Shown piece after piece: positions 26,814 through 36,088 of a stretch of 64,000 bases of DNA. Position numbers and translations under genes: made by a program. This DNA is from Gemmatimonadota bacterium (GTDB lineage: Bacteria > Gemmatimonadota > Gemmatimonadetes > Gemmatimonadales > Gemmatimonadaceae). Below the pieces are notes generated by a model, which saw only the letters and a program-made list of their open reading frames with translations, was not told where the DNA came from and did no database searches. Each line of letters starts with the position of its first letter. The stretch's first letter is position 1. The stretch is taken from the NCBI GenBank assembly GCA_963170075.1, contig CAUJFW010000239.1:11741-75740 (forward strand), in the 5' to 3' direction.

Positions 26814-27248
26814 TCAGCGAATTGGCCCGATGACGAGAATCAGGCGAATGTCGAGGAGCAAGAGCGCCAACCCCTGCACGATAATGGCCGTGCCAGCACC
26901 GATGCCGCCGGGCCGCGGACCGAGCTTCCAGCAGGTGAGTGCGAGGGTTGCCCCCACCATCACGTAGCCAACATCGAGACCGGTGTTGAGCCAGAGAAAG
27001 CTGACCAGCGATTGCGCGCCCGCAAAATCGCGCAGATGCAATCCACGCTGGGCCCACGCGCACAGCGCCAGGTCGACCGCGCCCCACGCCAGCGTCTGCA
27101 TCGCAAAGTGCCGGAGCAGCGGCGCGTGTGTGCGACGCCACACCAGGAAGGTCAGCAACGCCGTGCCCAGCACGACGCTGGCACCGCCCCAGAGCGCCAG
27201 ACGAATGAGGTGCCCTCGCTCCAGTGACAACAGGGTATCGGCCCACAT
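26814..27248 (-). CDS. Hypothetical integral membrane protein
   Basis: Four hydrophobic helices; FLWLNTGLDVGY and QGLALLLLD segments. Confidence 0.7.
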   Translation of the reverse strand: MWADTLLSLERGHLIRLALWGGASVVLGTALLTFLVWRRTHAPLLRHFAMQTLAWGAVDLALCAWAQRGLHLRDFAGAQSLVSFLWLNTGLDVGYVMVGATLALTCWKLGPRPGGIGAGTAIIVQGLALLLLDIRLILVIGPIR

Positions 27249-27290
27249 GGCGCGGAGACTAGCAGCGTGCCCGTGCGGATGCGAGGGTCA

Positions 27291-29099
27291 CTACGTCCGA
27301 AGCGATACGTCCCGCCCCCACACCAGCACCGCACGCACACGCTGCTGCCGGAGTCCGGCCTGGCGTATCACGCGGGCAAGCCAGCGCAGCGAGGTCGCAC
27401 CTTGCCGCACGCAGACAATCAGGTCGGACGGTGCGTCGGCGGACGACATGCGTGCGTCAACCAGATCCAATCGCAGGTCGTACTGTTCCCCCCACTCCCG
27501 CACAGCCGTCCATGTTGCCGCATCCACGCGAGCCACGGCGGCACGATCCGCCGTCGACTCGTCGTCAGACGCATCGAGGGCTGCGGCGTGGTCCGTCGGC
27601 GCGAGCAACACATCGATGTGCGCATCGCGATCGAGTGGCACCACGTGCACCGCTTCTTCGGCCCGCGCCCGACCAGCGCGGACGTCACCCAGCGTGAACC
27701 GGGGCGTCGCGCCCAAGAGTGCAGACAGTGGCGGTGTCGTGACGGCACGCTCCACCACGAGGGCAGCCCGCGATTCGTGCGCCGCCACCGCTGCCACGCT
27801 CAGCGCCACGGCGGCCGACACCGCGACGTCATCGGAGATGACATCCGCGCGCGTCACGATATCGCCGACACCGGTCAGCGACTGATGCAGCAGCACGAAC
27901 GTATCACTGGTCCGATCGATGATCGCAGAGACGCCGGGTCGCTCGCGACGGCGTCGGTCGACGTGAGCCGGACTGGAGGCGTGCGAGGGTCTCGACGACG
28001 CGCCATGCAGCAGCACCGACGCGGTGGTGATCGCCTCCACTTCGGCCAGATCACCAACCGTCGGGCGGCGCATCTCACGGACCAACACGGCGCCATAGCC
28101 CGCCGCCAACCCGATCACCAACGCGGCCAGCAGCATCGCAAACGGCGGAAGCGTCGCGCTCAAACGCGAGACAAGTGCCGACCGCTCGGCGGCCAGCAGC
28201 ACAATCGTCCCTCGCGTCGCAGTGAGCACAGAATCGGTAAGGGTCACACGCTGCGACAGCGAATCGATGCGTCGAGCGCGGGCCGCCGAGATCTCGGCGG
28301 ACTCCACGGCGACTGACGCAATGAGCGGACGTCCCAAGGAATCGACGCGCAGTACGCTGTCGGCGCGTGCCGAGTCCATCACGCCCGGCGTCACAAGGCG
28401 GCTCGTGGACGGCTTCGGCGCCGTGATCGTTTGCAGCACGTAGCGGGCCACGCGCTGCTCCGCGAGGCGCACCAACCGCTGGCCCAGCGCCGTCAGTTTC
28501 GCCGTCAGTGCGGCGTAGCGCGCGCCCGGTCCGCCCAGCGCCGCATGCGCTTCGCGCTCCCGATCCACGAGGTCGATACTGTCCACGAGCGCGGCGACCC
28601 GACGATCGCCGCGCAGCAGCGGTGAGTCGCCGAGTGCGCGATAGCTGTCGGCCAACGGCGCGTTCCGCGCGCGCGTGACACGCGCCATCAACTCGATGGC
28701 GGCACTGTCCGCGAGTGGTGACGGCGGGGCGCCGGGCGTGCCGGCCGCAGTGGTGCCAAGCGCAACCGCGACACGTCCGGCGCTGTCGGTTACGTCGTCG
28801 GGGCTGAGCGCCAGCGCTGTGGTGAGGCGCGCACCGGCAGGCTCGACCACCGTGTCGCGCTGTACCGCACGCAGTGCCAGACGCAACGAATCGAGCGCGC
28901 GAACGAGCGGCGCCGAGTCTGGCGCGACCGGTAGCGCGTCGATGCGGCGCTGTACCTGCCGGTCGAGTTCACGCGGGATGAGCACCAGGGCGAGCAACGT
29001 GACCATCACGCCGATGCTTCCCATGGCCGCAATGCGGACACCCTGCCGCGAGGCATTTCTGGCGCGGGCGGCAATCCACGCACTGCGCTGACGAGCCAT
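27291..29099 (-). CDS. Hypothetical Wzc/chain-length-regulator-like membrane protein with degenerate C-terminal domain
   Basis: Two TM segments flanking a long helical region, then a cytoplasmic domain with no recognisable Walker A. The assignment is architectural only. Confidence 0.45.
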   Translation of the reverse strand: MARQRSAWIAARARNASRQGVRIAAMGSIGVMVTLLALVLIPRELDRQVQRRIDALPVAPDSAPLVRALDSLRLALRAVQRDTVVEPAGARLTTALALSPDDVTDSAGRVAVALGTTAAGTPGAPPSPLADSAAIELMARVTRARNAPLADSYRALGDSPLLRGDRRVAALVDSIDLVDREREAHAALGGPGARYAALTAKLTALGQRLVRLAEQRVARYVLQTITAPKPSTSRLVTPGVMDSARADSVLRVDSLGRPLIASVAVESAEISAARARRIDSLSQRVTLTDSVLTATRGTIVLLAAERSALVSRLSATLPPFAMLLAALVIGLAAGYGAVLVREMRRPTVGDLAEVEAITTASVLLHGASSRPSHASSPAHVDRRRRERPGVSAIIDRTSDTFVLLHQSLTGVGDIVTRADVISDDVAVSAAVALSVAAVAAHESRAALVVERAVTTPPLSALLGATPRFTLGDVRAGRARAEEAVHVVPLDRDAHIDVLLAPTDHAAALDASDDESTADRAAVARVDAATWTAVREWGEQYDLRLDLVDARMSSADAPSDLIVCVRQGATSLRWLARVIRQAGLRQQRVRAVLVWGRDVSLRT

Positions 29100-29111
29100 G
29101 GCTAAATGAAA

Positions 29112-29144
29112 CGCGGGGGCCGGCGCATGTCGCCAGCCCCCGCG
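29112..29144 (-). terminator. Intrinsic terminator of the blue-copper gene
   Basis: GC-rich hairpin cgcgggggc...gcccccgcg followed on the minus strand by tttcattt. Confidence 0.7.
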
Positions 29145-29166
29145 GGTCAATCAATCGTGATGCAGC

Positions 29167-29676
29167 TTACTGAACCGTGACCTTGCCCTTCATGTTCATC
29201 GCAAGGTGCGGCGTGCAGTTGAAGTCGTACGTGCCCGGGGCGATGCCGCCGAACGAAATCGTGTACGTCTCGCCAGCGGTGAGCAGCATCTTGCCCGACA
29301 GCTCGCCCATCTGCTCCGGCATGTTCGCCATCAGCTGCGTCTTCACGTCAGCCGGCAGCGTTGCGGGATCAAACGCCACGTTGTGCGGGCCGCCGCTGAC
29401 CATCACGAACTTGATACCGTCGCCGGCCTTGACCGTGATTTCGGCCGGCTCAAAGCGATAGCCCTGACCGTCGCCGACCATCTTCACTTCGTGCGTCGTG
29501 CCCGTGATCGGGGCCATTGCACCAGCCGCTGCCGGAGCCGCCGGCGCTTCCATCGCCGGAGCCGCTGCCGCCGAAGCGCCAGCCGCCGCCGTATCCGTCG
29601 CCGCCTTGTCACCACCGCCGCACGCGCCGAGCACGATCGCCGCGCTGGCCATCACCGCAATACCGAGAAACCGCAT
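29167..29676 (-). CDS. Type 1 blue-copper lipoprotein (plastocyanin/azurin/auracyanin-like)
   Basis: GGAGG RBS, lipobox VLGAC, Ala-rich tether, GPHNV and CTPHLAMNM ligands (His, Cys, His, Met). Confidence 0.92.
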   Translation of the reverse strand: MRFLGIAVMASAAIVLGACGGGDKAATDTAAAGASAAAAPAMEAPAAPAAAGAMAPITGTTHEVKMVGDGQGYRFEPAEITVKAGDGIKFVMVSGGPHNVAFDPATLPADVKTQLMANMPEQMGELSGKMLLTAGETYTISFGGIAPGTYDFNCTPHLAMNMKGKVTVQ

Positions 29677-29800
29677 GTCGAGAGGCCTCCGAAGCCTTTT
29701 CGCGAATTGTGTCACGTATCCACAGAGAATCCTGTGTCCGCAGGGCCCTGCGGATACTTGTGAAGTTATTCACAAGCCTGTCCGATAGCAATTGGCAGGG

Positions 29801-29829
29801 TTGACGGCAACCTCGGGCGGGACTAGCGT
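29801..29829 (+). promoter_or_regulatory. Sigma-70 promoter of the his operon
   Basis: TTGACG (29801-29806), 17-bp spacer, TAGCGT (29824-29829); the predicted +1 falls at or next to the leader ATG. Confidence 0.65.
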
Positions 29830-29836
29830 CAACCCC

Positions 29837-29929
29837 ATGCGCTCTGTTGCCAACCGCCACCATCATGCCCATCACGGCCACGACCTCACGGGTCGGGGAA
29901 CGTTGGGCGTGGCACAGCGCAGACCGTAA
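29837..29929 (+). CDS. hisL: His operon leader peptide (30 aa, 6 His)
   Basis: MRSVANRHHHAHHGHDLTGRGTLGVAQRRP*, directly upstream of hisG; below the ORF-track size cut-off. Confidence 0.88.
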   Translation: MRSVANRHHHAHHGHDLTGRGTLGVAQRRP

Positions 29930-29988
29930 CGCGCAGCACCACTCTCGCTACGACTCCCAGGCCCGTCCCGATTGGACGGGCCTTTTTT
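29889..29988 (+). promoter_or_regulatory. His attenuator: antiterminator (29889-29899 pairing with 29955-29965) overlapping terminator (29959-29988)
   Basis: Terminator stem aggcccgtcc/ggacgggcct plus T-run. cgggtcgggga can pair with tcccaggcccg (10 of 11 pairs including one G-U); the two structures are mutually exclusive. Confidence 0.82.
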
Positions 29989-30045
29989 ATTGCCCGTCGT
30001 CGGCACCTTCGTTCGGCCCTCCTCGCTCTCTGAACACCTAAACAA

Positions 30046-30924
30046 ATGCTACGTATAGCGTTACCAAACAAAGGCCGTCTCAGCGAAGACACCCGCGAGC
30101 TGTTCAACGACGCAGGACTCGAGGTCCGCTCCTCCGGTGAACGGGCGCTCACCGCGTCACTCGGTGGCGAATTCGAGGCCATCTTTGTCCGCGCCCAGGA
30201 CATACCCGAGTTTGTCGCCGATGGGGCCGCCGATGCAGGAGTCACCGGTTGGGACCTGGTCTCCGAGTCGGAGCGACCGCTCGTGTCGCACCTGGATCTT
30301 GGATTCGGGAAGTGCCGGCTGGTCGTCGCGGCACGCGACGATGCGGGCGTGACATCCGTCAACGACATCGGGTCGGCCAGCAAACCCGCCCGCGTGGCCA
30401 CCGTCTTTCCGCGCATCACCGCACGCTATTTCGCCGAAGCCGGTCGGCCGGTGGAAATTGTGCCGGTTTCCGGCGCCGCCGAAATTGCGCCGCACCTTGG
30501 AATCGCCGATGTCGTCGTCGACCTCACCTCGACAGGATCCACGCTGCGGGTGAACGGTCTGCGCGAGATCGCCACGGTCATGCTCTCGAGCGCGCACCTC
30601 ATTACCGCCACGAACGGTCCGCGAAACGGTGATCCGGAGCGCGGACGTGAGTTCGCTGAACTGGTGACCGCCCTGGGCTCCGTCATTCGTGCGCGTGGTC
30701 AGCGCTACCTCATGGCCAATGTGCCGCGTACGGCGCTTGATCAGGTGCGTACCGTGCTGCCGGGTCTCAACGGCCCCACGGTCATTGAGATTGCCGACCA
30801 TGGTCAGTTTGTCGCGGTACACGCCGTCGTCCGCGCCGATACGATCTACCGTACGATCGCGCAGCTGCGCGCGCTTGGCGCGGAAGGCATTCTCGTCACA
30901 CGCATCGAGCGGCTCGTGCCATGA
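30046..30924 (+). CDS. hisG: ATP phosphoribosyltransferase, long form
   Basis: MLRIALPNKGRL, VRAQDIP, ADVVVDLTSTGSTL, plus the C-terminal regulatory domain. Confidence 0.96.
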   Translation: MLRIALPNKGRLSEDTRELFNDAGLEVRSSGERALTASLGGEFEAIFVRAQDIPEFVADGAADAGVTGWDLVSESERPLVSHLDLGFGKCRLVVAARDDAGVTSVNDIGSASKPARVATVFPRITARYFAEAGRPVEIVPVSGAAEIAPHLGIADVVVDLTSTGSTLRVNGLREIATVMLSSAHLITATNGPRNGDPERGREFAELVTALGSVIRARGQRYLMANVPRTALDQVRTVLPGLNGPTVIEIADHGQFVAVHAVVRADTIYRTIAQLRALGAEGILVTRIERLVP

Positions 30925-32291
30925 CGGAACCCATGCTGACAGGGGCCACTGCGCTGACGCTGCGGGCGCGCGGCGACTTTGCCTCCCTCGACGCCGCGAC
31001 ACGCCGCGCCATCACCGATCGCACATCGTCACTCGACGCGACCATTGGCGCGCGCACCGCGGCCATCATCGACGATGTACGCCTCAACGGCGACGAGGCC
31101 CTGCGTCGATACGCGCGCGATTTTGACGGTGCCACGCTGACGCGGCTCGAGGTGCCGCGTGAACGCTGGATCGCCGCGCTCGACGCACTCGATCCCGCAC
31201 TGCGCCGGTCGCTCGAACGCGCGGTGCGCAACATCGCCGCCGTGCACACCGCGTTCCTGCCGCGCGAAACGACCGTGTCACCGGAGCCTGGCATCACGAT
31301 TGGCCGGCGCCCGGATGCGCTGCAGCGCGTGGGGGTCTACGCGCCCGGTGGGCGCGCCGCATATCCGAGTTCGCTGTTCATGGGGGCGATTCCGGCGCGC
31401 GTCGCGGGTGTGCAGGAAGTGATTGTCTGTTCGCCGCCGGGCGCCAACGGCGAGCCCTCGGCCGTGGTGCTTGCGGCCGCGGCACTGGCCAATGCGGATC
31501 GCGTGTTTGCCGTGGGCGGTGCTGGCGCGATTGCAGCACTGGCGCTGGGTACGGACACGATCCCGCGCGTCGATCGGATTGTGGGCCCGGGCAATGCCTA
31601 TGTGGCCGAGGCCAAGTTGCAGCTCGTCTCGCAGGTGACGATCGACGCGCCGGCCGGACCAAGCGAGATCCTCGTGCTGGCGGACGACAGTGCCAACCCG
31701 CTCGCGGTAGCGCGCGAACTGCTGGCCCAGGCGGAGCACGATCCCGATGCGGCGGTGATCGCGGTGCTGTGCGGCGCGTCTGCGCCTGCGTTAGCCGAGC
31801 GCACCGAGCGTGCACTCGCCGAACTGGTAAACGGAACGCCGCGCGCCGCGATTGTGCGTGCGTCGCTCGCCGCGCGCGGCGCCATCGTGACGGTGGACTC
31901 ACTCGCGAACGCCATCGAAATCGCCAACGCCTGGGCCGCTGAACATCTGTTGCTCGTGGTACGCGATGAGGTGCGGGCAAGCGCACTCGCGGCGCTGCGC
32001 AGCGCGGGGACGGTGTTTGTGGGCGAAAGCAGCTCGGTGGCGTTCGGCGACTACATGACCGGCGCGAATCATGTGCTGCCAACCGCAGGCGCGGCGCGTT
32101 GTTATTCGGGGCTGTCGACCCTCGACTTTGTGCGCTGGACGACGTGGCAGGAGGTCACGCCGGTGGCGGCCGCCGCTTTGTCCGACGACGTGGCCCGCTT
32201 TGCCGACGCGGAGGCCCTGCCGGCGCATGCCGCCGCGGCGCGCGCATGGGCACGCGCCGATACAGACGTCGCGGCGGAGGTGGAACGATGA
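30921..32291 (+). CDS. hisD: Histidinol dehydrogenase
   Basis: VGVYAPGG, GPGNAYV, AGPSE, AQAEHD, EHL and DYMTGANHVLPT motifs. Confidence 0.96.
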   Translation: MTEPMLTGATALTLRARGDFASLDAATRRAITDRTSSLDATIGARTAAIIDDVRLNGDEALRRYARDFDGATLTRLEVPRERWIAALDALDPALRRSLERAVRNIAAVHTAFLPRETTVSPEPGITIGRRPDALQRVGVYAPGGRAAYPSSLFMGAIPARVAGVQEVIVCSPPGANGEPSAVVLAAAALANADRVFAVGGAGAIAALALGTDTIPRVDRIVGPGNAYVAEAKLQLVSQVTIDAPAGPSEILVLADDSANPLAVARELLAQAEHDPDAAVIAVLCGASAPALAERTERALAELVNGTPRAAIVRASLAARGAIVTVDSLANAIEIANAWAAEHLLLVVRDEVRASALAALRSAGTVFVGESSSVAFGDYMTGANHVLPTAGAARCYSGLSTLDFVRWTTWQEVTPVAAAALSDDVARFADAEALPAHAAAARAWARADTDVAAEVER

Positions 32292-33358
32292 GTGAACGGC
32301 TGGCAGTCGCGCGTGCGATCTATGACGGTCTGTCGCTGTACGATCCCAAACGTGCGCCCATCGATCTTGATCTGACCGACAATACGAATCTGTGGGGCAT
32401 GCCGCCGGCGGCCGAGCGCACGTTGCGTGAGGTGCCGGTATCGGCGGTCACCCGCTATCCCACGTTGTATTCCGCAGATCTCAAGACGGCGCTGGCTGAC
32501 TATGTCGGTGTGTCACCGGACATGATCGTGACCGGCTGCGGGTCGGATGACATTCTTGATTCCGCCATGCGGGCGTTCGGAGAGCCCGGCGATCTGGTGG
32601 TCAGCTCTGATCCTTCGTTTGCGATGATTCCGATTTTCGCGCAGATGAATGGACTGCGCTGGCAGGGCGTCACGGAATGCGCAGGGACGCCGATACCACA
32701 ACCGGACGTCGAGGCGCTGCTCGCCACGCGTGCCCGCATCATCTATCTCTGCACCCCCAACAATCCTACGGGCGCCTTGATGGAACGAGCGCTCATCGAA
32801 CGCGTCGTACGCGAGGCGGCGGGCGTGGTGTTCATCGACGAGGCGTATGCCGAGTTTGCCGGCGTGTCCTCCGTGGACCTGTTGGCGCACTCCGATCGGG
32901 TGCTGATCATTCGCACCTTGTCCAAGGCATTTGGCCTGGCCGGACTGCGCATCGGATACGCCATCGGCAATCCGTCGCTCGTGATGGAGGTGGAGAAGTC
33001 CCGCGGGCCGTACAAGCTGAACGCACTGGCCGAGCGCGTAGCGCTCACCGCGCTGCGCGAAGACCGCGTGTGGGTTGACGAACATGTCCAGCTGGCCATC
33101 GCGCTTCGTGAGCGTCTTGCCGCTGCGCTTCGGAAGATGGGGCTCGCGCCGATGCCGTCGGCGGCGAACTTCGTGTGCGTCCCGATGCGCAACGTCGTAG
33201 CGGTTGGTCAGGCACTGCGTGCGCGCGGAGTCGCCGCGCGGCCGTTTCCCGGCCTGCCACATGTGGGCGACGCGTTGCGCATCAGCGTGGGACCGTGGCC
33301 ACTGCTCGAACGACTGCTGGGCGCGCTGGGTCCGGCGATGATCGAGGCGAGCGCATGA
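32288..33358 (+). CDS. hisC: Histidinol-phosphate aminotransferase
   Basis: PNNPTG, IDEAY and RTLSKAFGLAGLRIGY (PLP Lys) motifs. Confidence 0.95.
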   Translation: MSERLAVARAIYDGLSLYDPKRAPIDLDLTDNTNLWGMPPAAERTLREVPVSAVTRYPTLYSADLKTALADYVGVSPDMIVTGCGSDDILDSAMRAFGEPGDLVVSSDPSFAMIPIFAQMNGLRWQGVTECAGTPIPQPDVEALLATRARIIYLCTPNNPTGALMERALIERVVREAAGVVFIDEAYAEFAGVSSVDLLAHSDRVLIIRTLSKAFGLAGLRIGYAIGNPSLVMEVEKSRGPYKLNALAERVALTALREDRVWVDEHVQLAIALRERLAAALRKMGLAPMPSAANFVCVPMRNVVAVGQALRARGVAARPFPGLPHVGDALRISVGPWPLLERLLGALGPAMIEASA

Positions 33359-34050
33359 GCGAGCGAATAAGCATCCACCCGCCCACCTCATCGCTGCGCG
33401 TCACTGTGTTTGACTACGGCGCGGGCAATTTGCACTCACTGATCAAATCACTCGAAACGGAACAGACGACGGTTCGAGTCGAGACGGACTCGGCCCTCGC
33501 GGTGGCCGAAACCGACGCACTGATTCTGCCGGGAGTCGGCGCGTTTGCGCCGGCGGCCGAGCGACTGGCAGCCGGTCGCGTCGTCATGAAACAGGCGTTG
33601 GAGCGAGGGCTGCCGTGCCTCGGCATCTGTCTCGGGATGCAGTTGCTGTTTGACGGGAGCGACGAAGGCCCCGGTGACGGCCTTGGCATCATTCCCGGTC
33701 GCGTCACGCGGTTGTCTGCCGAGCGGGTTCCACAAATCGGATGGAATCGGCTGGAGGATGTGCACGAGCCACTCGCGTTGGAGGCGGCGCTGGACGTAGC
33801 CTACTACGCCAACAGCTTTGTCTGTCGGCCCGTGTCGACCGCGCTGCCCTTGGTGATGGCGTGGAGCGAACACGAGTCGGATCGTTTTCCGGCTATCGTG
33901 CGTCGCGGCGCGGTGGTTGGGGTGCAATTTCATCCGGAGAAGTCGTCGACGCCGGGCGTGCGGTTTGTGCACGCCTTTCTTGACGCGGCACGACGGCAGG
34001 CCGACGGACGGCCGGGCGCAACGCTGGGTTCCTCGCTGGAGGGTGGATGA
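33355..34050 (+). CDS. hisH: Imidazole glycerol phosphate synthase, glutaminase subunit
   Basis: DYGAGNL, LPGVGAF, GICLGMQ and QFHPEKS triad motifs. Confidence 0.95.
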   Translation: MSERISIHPPTSSLRVTVFDYGAGNLHSLIKSLETEQTTVRVETDSALAVAETDALILPGVGAFAPAAERLAAGRVVMKQALERGLPCLGICLGMQLLFDGSDEGPGDGLGIIPGRVTRLSAERVPQIGWNRLEDVHEPLALEAALDVAYYANSFVCRPVSTALPLVMAWSEHESDRFPAIVRRGAVVGVQFHPEKSSTPGVRFVHAFLDAARRQADGRPGATLGSSLEGG

Positions 34051-34760
34051 TTGTGATTCCCGCAGTCGATCTGCGCGGCGGCTACTGCGTGCAGTTGGTG
34101 GGTGGCGAGTACAACGACGAACGCGTGCGGCTGGACGATCCCGCTGCGGTGGCGCGGGAGTGGGCGCGCATCGGTTTTTCGCGCGTGCACGTCGTGGATC
34201 TGGACGCGGCGACGGGTCGCGGGAGCAATGCCGACACCATCCGGGAGATTCTGCGCGATGCGTACGTTCCCGTGCAGGTTGGCGGTGGCATTCGGCACGA
34301 GTCGCAGATTGAGCGCGCACTCGACGATGGCGCGTCGTGGGTGGTGGTGGGAACGCGCGCCATCGAAGACGACGACTGGCGTGGTGAAATGGCGGCGCGG
34401 TTTCCCGGCCGCCTCATCATTGCCGCCGACGTACGCGAACGTCTCGTGGTGACCCGCGGCTGGGCCGAAACCTCCCGACTGGACGTGATCGACTTTGTGG
34501 AGTCGCTGGCCGGCTTGCCGCTGGGCGGTGTGCTGGTGACAGCGGTTCACAAAGAGGGCCAGATGAGCGGCACCGACTTGCCGTTGATGGAAGATGTGGC
34601 GGAGGCGAGTGCGTGGCCGGTGTTTGCTTCGGGTGGCGTCTCGTCGGCCGAGGATCTGCGCGCACTCGAACACCGTGGTCTCGCCGGTGCGGTACTGGGG
34701 ATGGCCCTATACACGGGCGCGCTCGATGCGCGCCGTATTGCTGAGGAATTTGGAGCATGA
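34047..34760 (+). CDS. hisA: ProFAR isomerase
   Basis: IPAVDL, HVVDLDAA, QVGGGIR and ASGGV motifs. Confidence 0.95.
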   Translation: MIVIPAVDLRGGYCVQLVGGEYNDERVRLDDPAAVAREWARIGFSRVHVVDLDAATGRGSNADTIREILRDAYVPVQVGGGIRHESQIERALDDGASWVVVGTRAIEDDDWRGEMAARFPGRLIIAADVRERLVVTRGWAETSRLDVIDFVESLAGLPLGGVLVTAVHKEGQMSGTDLPLMEDVAEASAWPVFASGGVSSAEDLRALEHRGLAGAVLGMALYTGALDARRIAEEFGA

Positions 34761-35299
34761 CGGTTGTCACGCGCGTCTCGAAGGAAACCCAGATCACGCT
34801 CGCCCTGCGCGCCGGTACCGGTGTGTCACAGGTGCGCACGGGCGATGATTTCCTGGATCACATGCTGGTGGTGTTCGCCCGGTATGCGGGAGTGGATCTC
34901 GACGTGGAGGCCACCGGCGACCTGCGTCATCATCTGATTGAAGACGTGGCCATCACGCTCGGTCAGGCGGTTGCCGCCTTTGCGCCGGCCGGCTGCGCAC
35001 GGTTTGGCGAACGCACGATGGCGATGGACGACGCGCTGGTGCAGGTGGTGCTCGATATCGGCGGACGGCCGTACTACCGCGGCCCACTGCCCGCGCCACT
35101 GTACGATCATTTTCTGCGTTCGTTTGCCGACAACGCGCGGACCACGCTGCACGTGCGCGTGCTGCGCGGTCGTGACCGGCACCACATCGTCGAGGCGGCC
35201 ATCAAGGCGCTGGGTCTCTCGCTGCGTGATGCGCTCGCCGACACCGGCATGGTCTTCAGCACGAAAGGCAGTGTGCGTCTCGACATCACCGAGGAGTGA
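34757..35299 (+). CDS. hisB: Imidazoleglycerol-phosphate dehydratase (monofunctional)
   Basis: RVSKET, FLDHML, DLRHHLIED, MDDAL and DRHHIVEAAIK metal-binding motifs. Confidence 0.93.
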   Translation: MTVVTRVSKETQITLALRAGTGVSQVRTGDDFLDHMLVVFARYAGVDLDVEATGDLRHHLIEDVAITLGQAVAAFAPAGCARFGERTMAMDDALVQVVLDIGGRPYYRGPLPAPLYDHFLRSFADNARTTLHVRVLRGRDRHHIVEAAIKALGLSLRDALADTGMVFSTKGSVRLDITEE

Positions 35300-35302
35300 C
35301 CG

Positions 35303-36088
35303 GTGCTGACGCGACGTGTGATCGTGTGTCTCGATGTGAAAGGCGCCCGCGTGGTGAAGGGTGTGCAGTTTGAAGGCTTGCGGGATGTCGGGGATCCCGT
35401 GTCGCTCTCCGAGCGGTACGAACGTGAAGGCGCGGATGAGATCACCTTTCTCGATATTTCCGCCAGCGCGGACGAACGGGCGACGCTGCTGGACGTGGCG
35501 CGCCGCACGGCCGAGCGGCTGTTCATTCCGCTCACGATCGGTGGCGGCGTGCGGACGGCCGACGATGTCGCACGTGCGTTGCGGGCCGGCGCCGACAAGG
35601 TGTCGCTCAATTCGGCAGCCGTGGCCAATCCCGAGGTGCTCACCGCCGCCGCCGATCGGTTTGGGGCGCAGTGCGTGGTGGCCAGCATCGACGCCAAGCG
35701 CGGCGCCGATGGGGTTTGGCGCGTGTGGATCAAGGGCGGGCGGGAGGAAACGCCACTCGAGGCGGTGGCGTGGGCGCAGGAGTGCGTCGCACGCGGTGCG
35801 GGGGAAATTCTGCTGACGTCGATCAATCAGGATGGCGCACGCACCGGCTACGATATTCCGCTCACCCGCGCCGTGGCCGACGCGGTGCACGTGCCTGTGA
35901 TTGCCAGCGGGGGTGCGGGCCAGGCGAGTCATCTGGTGGAGGCCGTGCGTGAGGGCGGCGCCGATGCCGTGTTGGTGGCCGGCATCCTGCATGATGGCGT
36001 GACGACGGTGTCGGCGCTCAAGGACGCGATGCACCGCGCGGGCGTGCCCGTGCGTATCGTAACAACCCCCAGCCAGGTGGCCGCATGA
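35303..36088 (+). CDS. hisF: Imidazole glycerol phosphate synthase, cyclase subunit
   Basis: RVIVCLDV, VVKGVQF, FLDISAS, GADKVSLNS and IASGGAG motifs. Confidence 0.96.
   Translation: MLTRRVIVCLDVKGARVVKGVQFEGLRDVGDPVSLSERYEREGADEITFLDISASADERATLLDVARRTAERLFIPLTIGGGVRTADDVARALRAGADKVSLNSAAVANPEVLTAAADRFGAQCVVASIDAKRGADGVWRVWIKGGREETPLEAVAWAQECVARGAGEILLTSINQDGARTGYDIPLTRAVADAVHVPVIASGGAGQASHLVEAVREGGADAVLVAGILHDGVTTVSALKDAMHRAGVPVRIVTTPSQVAA

Noticed and set aside
29167-29676. Evidence of phototrophy from the plastocyanin-like protein
   Set aside because: Cupredoxins occur in many respiratory chains and no photosynthesis genes are in the window.
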